64,000 nt of DNA, taken from positions 24,676,001 through 24,740,000 of the forward strand of contig OZ024748.1 of the NCBI GenBank assembly GCA_964016885.1, given 5' to 3'. The DNA is from Eledone cirrhosa (Eukaryota). Numbering within the stretch: the stretch's first letter is position 1; the number at the start of each line of letters is the position of its first letter. Position numbers and translations under genes: made by a program. The notes below the pieces were generated by a model, which made no database searches, was not told the DNA's origin, and saw nothing but the letters and a program-made list of their open reading frames with translations. Shown piece after piece: positions 54,645 through 64,000 of the stretch.

Positions 54645-56860
54645 TGTAGTTGGTAGTGGTGTTGTGGTGTTGTGGTGTTGTGATAAGTAGTTGGTAGTGG
54701 TGTTGTGGTGTTGAGATGAGTTGTTGGTAGTTGTGGTGTTGTGGTGTTGTGATAAGTAGTTGGTAGTGGTGTTGTGGTGTTGAGATGAGTTGTTGGTAGT
54801 GGATTGTGTTGTGGTGTTGAGATGAGTTGTTGGTAGTGGATTGTGTTGTGGTGTTGAGATGAGTTGTTGGTAGTGGATTGTGTTGTGGTGTTGAGATGAG
54901 TTGTTGGTAGTGGATTGTGTTGTGGTGTTGAGATGAGTTGTTGGTAGTGGATTGTGTTGTGGTGTTGAGATGAGTTGTTGGTAGTGGATTGTGTTGTGGT
55001 GTTGAGATGAGTTGTTGGTAGTGGATTGTGTTGTGGTGTTGAGATGAGTTGTTGGTAGTGGATTGTGTTGTGGTGTTGAGATGAGTTGTTGGTAGTGGAT
55101 TGTGTTGTGGTGTTGAGATGAGTTGTTGGTAGTGGATTGTGTTGTGGTGTTGAGATGAGTTGTTGGTAGTGGATTGTGTTGTGGTGTTGAGATGAGTTGT
55201 TGGTAGTGGATTGTGTTGTGGTGTTGAGATGAGTTGTTGGTAGTGGATTGTGTTGTGGTGTTGAGATAAGTAGTTGGTAGTGGATTGTGTTGTGGTGTTG
55301 AGATGAGTTGTTGGTAGTGGATTGTGTTGTGGTGTTGAGATAAGTAGTTGGTAGTGGATTGTGTTGTGGTGTTGAGATGAGTTGTTGGTAGTGGATTGTG
55401 TTGTGGTGTTGAGATGAGTTGTTGGTAGTGGATTGTGTTGTGGTGTTGAGATGAGTTGTCGGTAGTTGTGTTGTGGTGTTGTGATAAGTAGTTGGTAGTG
55501 GTGTTGAGATGAGTTGTTGGTAGTGGATTGTGTTGTGGTGTTGAGATGAGTTGTTGGTAGTGGATTGTGTTGTGGTGTTGAGATGAGTTGTTGGTAGTGG
55601 ATTGTGTTGTGGTGTTGAGATGAGTTGTTGGTAGTGGATTGTGTTGTGGTGTTGAGATGAGTTGTCGGTAGTTGTGTTGTGGTGTTGTGATAAGTAGTTG
55701 GTAGTGGTGTTGAGATGAGTTGTTGGTAGTGGATTGTGTTGTGGTGTTGAGATGAGTTGTTGGTAGTGGATTGTGTTGTGGTGTTGAGATGAGTTGTTGG
55801 TAGTGGATTGTGTTGTGGTGTTGAGATGAGTTGTTGGTAGTGGATTGTGTTGTGGTGTTGAGATGAGTTGTTGGTAGTGGATTGTGTTGTGGTGTTGAGA
55901 TGAGTTGTTGGTAGTGGATTGTGTTGTGGTGTTGAGATGAGTTGTTGGTAGTGGATTGTGTTGTGGTGTTGAGATGAGTTGTTGGTAGTGGATTGTGTTG
56001 TGGTGTTGAGATGAGTTGTCGGTAGTTGTGTTGTGGTGTTGTGATAAGTAGTTGGTAGTGGTGTTGAGATGAGTTGTTGGTAGTGGATTGTGTTGTGGTG
56101 TTGAGATGAGTTGTTGGTAGTGGATTGTGTTGTGGTGTTGAGATGAGTTGTTGGTAGTGGATTGTGTTGTGGTGTTGAGATGAGTTGTTGGTAGTGGATT
56201 GTGTTGTGGTGTTGAGATGAGTTGTTGGTAGTGGATTGTGTTGTGGTGTTGAGATGAGTTGTTGGTAGTGGATTGTGTTGTGGTGTTGAGATGAGTTGTC
56301 GGTAGTTGTGTTGTGGTGTTGTGATAAGTAGTTGGTAGTGGTGTTGTGGTGTTGAGATGAGTTGTTGGTAGTGGATTGTGTTGTGGTGTTGAGATGAGTT
56401 GTTGGTAGTGGATTGTGTTGTGGTGTTGAGATGAGTTGTTGGTAGTGGATTGTGTTGTGGTGTTGAGATGAGTTGTTGGTAGTGGATTGTGTTGTGGTGT
56501 TGAGATGAGTTGTTGGTAGTGGATTGTGTTGTGGTGTTGAGATGAGTTGTTGGTAGTGGATTGTGTTGTGGTGTTGAGATGAGTTGTTGGTAGTGGATTG
56601 TGTTGTGGTGTTGAGATGAGTTGTCGGTAGTTGTGTTGTGGTGTTGTGATAAGTAGTTGGTAGTGGTGTTGTGGTGTTGAGATGAGTTGTTGGTAGTGGA
56701 TTGTGTTGTGGTGTTGAGATGAGTTGTCGGTAGTTGTGGTGTTGTGGTGTTGTGATAAGTAGTTGGTAGTTGTGTTGTGGTGTTGAGATGAGTTGTTGGT
56801 AGTGGATTGTGTTGTGGTGTTGAGATGAGTTGTTGGTAGTGGTGGTGTTGTGGTGTTGGT
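54645..56860. repeat. GT-rich intronic satellite, 37-bp unit GATGAGTTGTTGGTAGTGGATTGTGTTGTGGTGTTGA, ~60 copies
   Basis: Tandem array with a recurrent variant block. Confidence 0.98.
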
Positions 56861-57167
56861 TCGTTAATTATAACAAGACGGTCAACAGTGAAATAACAAG
56901 ATGTATTTATTATTTTTGAAGTTTATTGAAAGTCCAATAAATGTACAATAGTTTTGTGTAAAATGTGAGTTGTTGTATTCAGGCCGCAGAGTATTAGCAG
57001 TGTAATAGAATAATGTAATGAGTTGCTGTTGTTGGAGTTGCAAAGACCATGTCTACACGGCGTGGAAAGATGGCGGTGACTAACTAACTCTTGGCGCCTC
57101 TTTATCCCCAGTGATGTCATCCAGGCGGAAGTGATGTCACTAAGGCTCTGCGCATGTATCCACTACA
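56846..57167 (-). mobile_element. Solo LTR (~320 bp)
   Basis: Termini TGTTGTGG..CCACTACA (TG..CA, short inverted ends); minus-strand TATA-like GATAAAGAGG then AATAAA; no clear TSD. Confidence 0.65.
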
Positions 57168-57951
57168 GTATCTTTAATGGTGGACAGATTATTTTGTACT
57201 TTTAAAGAATATCTTGCTAATGTGGTTTTATGTGGTTTGTTAATTCTATTGCTTATAGTATTTTTACTAGTTGACAGATCATTGTAGAAATTTGTAGTAT
57301 TAGAGTTAAGACTTAATATTTAATGTGATGCAGTCATAGTTTTGTACTTTACAAGAATATCTTGCCTATGTGGTTTCACATGGTACAGGACATTGTTAAT
57401 AGCCTATGTAAATAAGAAAAGAGGAAAAGAAAACCATTTAATACCATTAAAACCTAAGTAAACTCTCAGTTATCTTAGCTAACAACTAAATCATTTACTG
57501 CAGTATTCACTCTAACTATTCAATAGAACTATAAGAGATTTTCATTAGAATCTGTTTAAATTAATCTTATGAAGAGGAACTATCCATCTGTTATTTATCA
57601 GGAATTTTAGCCAAAGGCTGGACATTCATAAAACGGCATCTGTTATTTTCCTTTCAAATCAATCACACCTGCTGTAATAAACGTATTTCCCTAGGTTTAA
57701 TCAACTTTTACAAGCAGTTTCATTATTTACAAACTTAACTCATTTGATACCAACCCAACCAAAACTGCCTCTGGCTCTATGAAATGAAACCCCTCATTCT
57801 AAAGGATTATATTTAAATTAAAATCTTCCAACATAATTTGACATAAGAACCTTTTAAGCTATGTTATAAATACTATCTTGATAATGAAGTAATTAATAAC
57901 TTTAGTAAATCCTTCCAAATTCTCTGATAATGAATTTCAAACATAGTCAGT

Positions 57952-58095
57952 TATGGCTGTGTGGTTTAAGAGTTCACTTCTAAAAGTATATGGTCTTTGG
58001 TTCAATCCCACTATGTGGCAGCTAGGGACGTGTGTGTTTTGCTAAAAGTGTGTTCTGCTATAGCCCCAAGCTCACCAATTCTTGTATGTTTGTGT
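57952..58095 (+). mobile_element. tRNA-derived SINE family B
   Basis: TGGCTGTGTGGTTTAAG..GGTTCAATCCCACT..CTATAGCCCC. Confidence 0.75.
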
Positions 58096-58503
58096 ATGTC
58101 TTCACCTCCAAAACACCATTGAATCTGTGAATTCCTTTCTATACTAAAAAATATGGGTTGCCATCAGGAAAGACATCTGACAATAGAAATTAGCCATGGA
58201 TAAAGCAGTACAATACATAGATACACATCATCACCATCATCATTATCATCATCATCATTGTCGTCATCATCATTAACATCCACTTTCGCTGCTAGCAAAG
58301 GTTGGACGGGTCTACATAGACCAAATCTGTACTGAAGCAGGGCTACTGACCTTCCTGACAGGTGGAGGAAGTGGAGATCTGCATCGTTCTTATGTCCTGT
58401 TCAACCTATGTAAACCTGGAAAATGGCTGCAAAATGGTGATGATGATTATAAATAAGGTAATAAAATGCTTTCTCTACTATTTAATCTATTGTGATTTTA
58501 AAG

Positions 58504-58615
58504 GTATTTCCATCAGAGAAATAAATTCAGCTTCACAATTCAGCTACTTTGTAATTTCATTATAAACAAGGCAGAGGCTATGATTAATGGAAACATTCTT
58601 GCTGAACCACTCACT
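58504..58615 (+). CDS. Dynein heavy chain exon
   Basis: tttaaag|..ACT|gtaagt; YFHQRNKFSFTIQLLCNFIINKAEAMINGNILAEPLT. Confidence 0.88.
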
Positions 58616-58713
58616 GTAAGTGGATTAATCTTTTCTTCTATTTGTTTCTATAATAAATGTTTGTAACATTTGTTCATGCAGAGCTTGTCTCTCTCTTTCA
58701 TTATTATATCTTT

Positions 58714-59675
58714 TGGCAGTATCGGTAGAGCGTCAGACGCCATTCAGAGTTAAGGCCCTTTACATTCTCAGTTCAAATCTTACCAAAGTTAACTTTGATT
58801 TTAATCCTTACAGGGTCAATGAAATAAAGTACCAGTAATACACTGGGGTCAATTTAATCGACTTTCCTCTGCCCTAAATTGTTGGCCTTGTGCCTAAATC
58901 AGAAACCATTATTAGGGTCGGACGCCATGCTTTCCAGCAGAGTTACGTCCCTTTACGGTCTGAGTTCAAATCCCGCCGAGGTTGACTTTGCTTTTCATCC
59001 TTACGGGGTCGATAAAATAAAGTACCAATAATGCACTGATAAAATTGCTGGCCTTGTGCCAAAAGTAGAAACAATTATTATTTGTGTGGCAGGTAAGAGT
59101 GGTATGGCCCTTTACATTCTGAGTTCAAATCCCACTGAGGTTAACTTTGCCTTTCTGACATACGGGTTTGATAAAATAAAGTACCAGTAGTCCACTGGGG
59201 TTGATTTGATCGATGTTCCCCTTCCCTTCAAATTACTGGACTTGTGGCAAAAGTAGAAATAATTATATATGTGACATGTAGATTGGCAGAATCGGTAGAG
59301 TGCCAGATCAAAGTGCTTTTGCTGTATTTGTTTCAGTGCTTTACATTCTGAGTTCAAATCCTGCCAAAGTGTATCTGTCACTTTTTCTGTCCCTAGGAGT
59401 ACTTTACCAATTCTTCTCAAGTATTATATATAGTGATCATCTATTATTATGGGTAGAAAATTGGCAGAATTGGTAGAGCGTCGGACAAAATGCTTTACGA
59501 CATAGAGTTACGTCCCTTTACGTTCTTAGTTCAAATCTTGCCAAGGTTAGCTTTGCCTTTCATCCTTACGAGGTTGATAAAATAAAAGTACCAGTAATGC
59601 ACTGGGGTCAATTTAAACAACTTTCCCTCTCCCCCAAATTGCTGACCTTGTGCCTATAGTAGAAATCATTATTAT
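58714..59675 (+). mobile_element. Cluster of five same-orientation SINE family A copies
   Basis: Repeated GGCAGAATCGGTAGAG..GAGTTCAAATC..CTTTCATCCTTACGGGGTCGATAAAATAAAGTACC..CTTGTGCC; core resembles the Meta domain. Confidence 0.9.
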
Positions 59676-60610
59676 GGACATTTGTGTTGGGATAACTACT
59701 TTTCAAATTTTCCCAATGATTCTTAAGTCAGCCATTTTATATATATATATATATATATATGCACATGCACACACATATATCCACATATGCACACACATAC
59801 GCATGTATATATATATACACATAATCTTTTACTTTCTTTTTATTTATATATGATGATTAAATAGAACTAAAATTAAATTATAAAGTAAATTGATTTAAGA
59901 ATTAGTGTTGGAGAGATAAGTCCCTAGATGAAATATCCATTAAAAGCTCTTTTAAAAAAGTGGAATGAGATAATCTCTGAAAGTATTTTGGGAATTGTCG
60001 GAAATCTTTGAATTGTAAAATTTTATCGATTTGTCCTGAGAATGATTAAATTTCATGAGAATCTTGATTAAAAGATAAAGAAAGTATTTTACTAATCTCA
60101 ACGATGGAACACCATATATACTCATGCATAAGTTGCATATTTTTCAATGAGAATACGATGTGAAAACTAGTTTAATGTTTTTTTTACAGAAGCTATGAAA
60201 CCTTAATTCAAAATATAGGATAGATTGTAAATGTTGTAAGTAAAATTAATGTGAAATTTATAGATGTGTATATATGAGAATACATTGCTCCCATTTTAAT
60301 GCTAACATTGAATGATTTATTGGGGTAAGTCTTTATGTAGTTGCATGACTGGCTAAAATAGCAGTTAAGTCACCTTTAAATAATTTCTTATCATCTTGAG
60401 AAGAGAATGATACATTAGCTAATGTAGTTCTAGATATACAATGTCCAAAAAAGAGGGTGGGTGAGTGTGATCAGTGATCTACTCAGTCATAACTGACCTT
60501 AGGCTAAACAACAACATCAACAACATCTTAATAGTGATCTACTCAGTCAGAACTGACCTGGGGCTAAACAACAATAACAATGTAATACTTGAATTCTGTT
60601 ATTTCTTCAG

Positions 60611-60732
60611 TCTCAAGAAAATATAAGTTGGGTTCAGAAGATATTTACAACATTCCGTGGAACTTACCTTGATTTTAAAACTAAAGCAGATGATGTCAAT
60701 TGCCAAAATGTCAAACTATTGAAAGAGAAATT
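60611..60732 (+). CDS. Dynein heavy chain exon
   Basis: cttcag|..TT|gtgagt; SQENISWVQKIFTTFRGTYLDFKTKADDVNCQNVKLLKEK. Confidence 0.88.
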
Positions 60733-60918
60733 GTGAGTATTTAAAATTTTTTTTTTATGTATAAGAATTGGCAGAGCCCTTAGAACGAGAGATAGAAGGT
60801 TTTGTGGCATTTATTCTGACTCTCTGCTCCCTCAGTTCAAATCCCATTGAGGTAGCTTTGCCTATCATCATTTTGAAGTTAATAAACAAAGGTATCAGTC
60901 TAGAACTGGGGTTGGATT

Positions 60919-61100
60919 GTGCACCTAGCAGTGGAGACTTCTAGTGTCCTTGGCCCTAGGGCTACCTCCCTACTTATCACCATAGGTGCTGAGTTGGCGA
61001 GCCGCAGGTGTGAGCCTCGCAAGATAGAATGGCTCTTCCAGCGCATCTCCCTTACCATTCACCAGGGAAATGCCTTCTCCATTCTGTCTGCCAGGGCCGT
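60919..61100 (+). pseudogene. CRE-like non-LTR retrotransposon 3' fragment directly after a SINE A copy (60766-60918)
   Basis: LAVETSSVLGPRA..EPRKIEWLFQRISLTIHQGNAFSIL. Confidence 0.8.
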
Positions 61101-61971
61101 GGGGTGGCCAACACATGGGACCCCATTTGCTCATAATACAGAGAGATGGGGAGAGCGAGAGAGATGGAGGCAATGACAGTGGGAATTTGGCTCATCTGTG
61201 TCCGGACCTGGTGTGCAGCGTCAGTTATGATTAAGGTCGGTGATGTTGGCAGTATCTATAGAACAAAATAAGTTGTAGTATTTAGTTACATCATTCTATA
61301 TTCTGAGTTCAAATACCACTGAGATCAAATCTACATTTCTCTCACTTCCATTCTCTCACCCTCCATATCCTTCTCCAAAAGAATCTGCTGTGTTTGGACC
61401 TGAAGAAGAATGGGGTATGCCAGGTTTAAAATTGCCCTAAGAAATGCTATTTGTCAACATGGTGTCCCTATGACTCCCTCAGGAGTTGTAGGTCCATACC
61501 ATTTACTTTATTTTTTTACGCAAAGGTATTGGCATGTCTGTGCAGTTAAAGAGTTGGGTCCCAGAACATTATAAACCAAGTCTGTAATTAATTAAACAGG
61601 ATTATTCCAGTTGTGTATGGTTATAGTGAGAATAGAAATATTAAATCAATACTTCTGTTCTCTCTATATGGGTCGAACAATCCTCTTTTAGATGAAACAC
61701 ATGTACTGAAATATGGTTTTGGACTGAGTGCTTTACCAACTTTGGATATAATCTCTCATTTTCCCTCTACATATTTAAGTAGTTTAATGCAAGTTAATTT
61801 GATTAAAATAATTAAAATAATCAAATGTTAGCGGTCTAAGATTTATATGTAATGCATATGATGAAACACGTGTTATTCCCACTCATCTGGATTATGGTGT
61901 TTTTAATAATATTTTTGTAATTTTCTATATACACCCCATAAATTAATTGATTACACTAACGGAATTTGAAT

Positions 61972-62083
<112 letters not shown>

Positions 62084-62226
62084 CAAGTAGCTTTAACTGA
62101 TTAACCATTTTTGAGGTCATTATAGTTAGTATGTTAACCCTCACTTAGCTATATAAAACAAATACCTCTTTCAAATTCTAATGAATATATTTGTATATGT
62201 TTCTTTATATTTTTCATATTTGTAAG

Positions 62227-62382
62227 ACGTGAGAGAAATATCCATAGAGTGAGGTTTGAGTGTGCCAATGCTACCACAAATTTTACCGTGTCAAAGAAGT
62301 CAGAAGACCTATTACTAACAAATTCTTCCTGGCCAAATCATAATTCATTTACTTTTAAATATTTCAATGACTTTATGGACAG
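62227..62382 (+). CDS. Dynein heavy chain exon (gene continues beyond the window)
   Basis: tgtaag|..AG|gtaaga; ..SSWPNHNSFTFKYFNDFMDR matches the W..F..F..R motif of DHC_N1. Confidence 0.85.
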
Positions 62383-62757
62383 GTAAGAAACCTCAAACTT
62401 ACCTCTGCTTATGTCTTAAGTAATAACAGTTTTAATGAATCCTAACTTGAAATCATTTTTGTTTCTATGGAACCAACCATTTTAAAAGGTTCCTATTTAA
62501 ATTAATAGAAATATTAGAAATACCACCTTAATATTAAAATAACTAATAATTTAGTAAATCCTTTCAAATTCTTCATTAATTAATTGAAATGTGTTATAAA
62601 TATGGTAAGGAAATGGTTAACACTTTCTGTTTTATTTTACTTTCATTTTCTGAAAATATTTATTTCGACATTTTCATTGACTGCTGACAGTCAATTCTAG
62701 AACTGATTAATATCATCCAAGCCTTGCAAGGAAAATAGATGTTAAATGATGATGATG

Positions 62758-62789
<32 letters not shown>

Positions 62790-62899
62790 GATGATGATGA
62801 TGAGAATAATATTGGCAGTTCCCTAGCTTGCTGGCTTTTATTTATTGGAAGTCACTCATAAAGAAAGAATTACCAGACATAAAAAGGAAATAATACATT

Positions 62900-64000
62900 G
62901 GATAATGTAGTCTTACCATAATGTCTACATTGCCAATATCAATGTAGTCTTACCATAATGTCTACATTACCAATATCAATGTAGTCCTACCATAATGTCT
63001 ACATTAGCAATATCAGATAATGTAGTCTTACCATAATGTCTACATTGCCAATATCAATGTAGTCCTACCATGATGTCTACATTGCCAATATCAGATAATG
63101 TAGTCTTACCATAATGTCTACATTGCCAATATCAATGTAGTCTTACCATAATGTCTACATTACCAATATCAATGTAGTCCTACCATAATGTCTACATTAC
63201 CAATATCAGATAATGTAGTCCTACCATAATGTCTACATTGCCAATATCAATGTAGTCCTACCATAATGTCTACATTACCAATATCAGATAATGTAGTCTT
63301 ACCATAATGTCTACATTGCCAATATCAATGTAGTCTTACTATAATGTCTACATTGCCAATATCAGATAATGTAGTCTTACCATAATGTCTACATTGCCAA
63401 TATCAGATAATGTAGTCCTACCATGATGTCTACATTGCCAATATCAATGTAGTCCTACCATGATGTCTACATTGCCAATATCAGATAATGTAGTCTTACC
63501 ATAATGTGTACATTGCCAATATCAATGTAGTCTTACCATAATGTCTACATTGCCAATATCAATGTAGTCTTACCATAATGTCTACATTGCCAATATCAAT
63601 GTAGTCTTACCATAATGTCTACATTGCCAATATCAATGTAGTCCTACCATAATGTCTATATTACCAATATCAATGTAGTCTTACCATAATGTCTACATTG
63701 CCAATATCAGATAATGTAGTCTTACCATAATGTCTACATTGCCAATATCAATGTAGTCTTACCATAATGTCTACATTGCCAATATCAATGTAGTCCTACC
63801 ATAATGTCTACATTGCCAATATCAGATAATGTAGTCTTACCATAATGTCTACATTGCCAATATCAATGTAGTCTTACCATAATGTCTACATTGCCAATAT
63901 CAGATAATGTAGTCTTACCATAATGTCTACATTGCCAATATCAGATAATGTAGTCCTACCATAATGTCTACATTGCCAATATCAATGTAGTCCTTCCATG
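62900..64000. repeat. Minisatellite with 37/41-bp units AATGTAGTCTTACCATAATGTCTACATTGCCAATATC(AGAT)
   Basis: Tandem array to the window end; internal inverted repeat AATGTAG/CTACATT. Confidence 0.97.

Noticed and set aside
54645-56860. Telomere-like array or kinship with the 39-bp satellite
   Set aside because: No TTAGGG; only a short TGGTAGT motif is shared, as expected from composition
58714-59675. tRNA genes
   Set aside because: A/B-box-like motifs belong to SINE heads; no cloverleaf

Overview
AT-rich animal genomic DNA. The SINE families and very dense (TA)n microsatellites suggest an octopus or other coleoid cephalopod (inference). Nearly all Tyr/Ile-rich ORFs in the track are microsatellite artefacts. 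(1) Nine phase-consistent + strand exons (40503-62382, ~460 codons) encode the N-terminal tail (DHC_N1) of a divergent axonemal outer-arm beta-type dynein heavy chain. A candidate RFX X-box and first exon lie near 31.9-32.0 kb. (2) A nearly intact minus-strand Neptune-type Penelope-like retroelement carries a coiled-coil ORF1 that overlaps an RT + GIY-YIG ORF in the -1 frame across a U_UUU_UUA heptamer. (3) Several unrelated short inserts, mostly in (TA)n tracts, carry minimal type-I hammerhead ribozyme motifs and inverted terminal copies. (4) There are decayed RTE, R4/Dong and CRE LINEs, tRNA-derived SINEs, MITEs and a solo LTR. (5) Large satellites (39, 65, 37, 48 and 37/41 bp units) are present, several traceable to the transposon sequence they amplified from.
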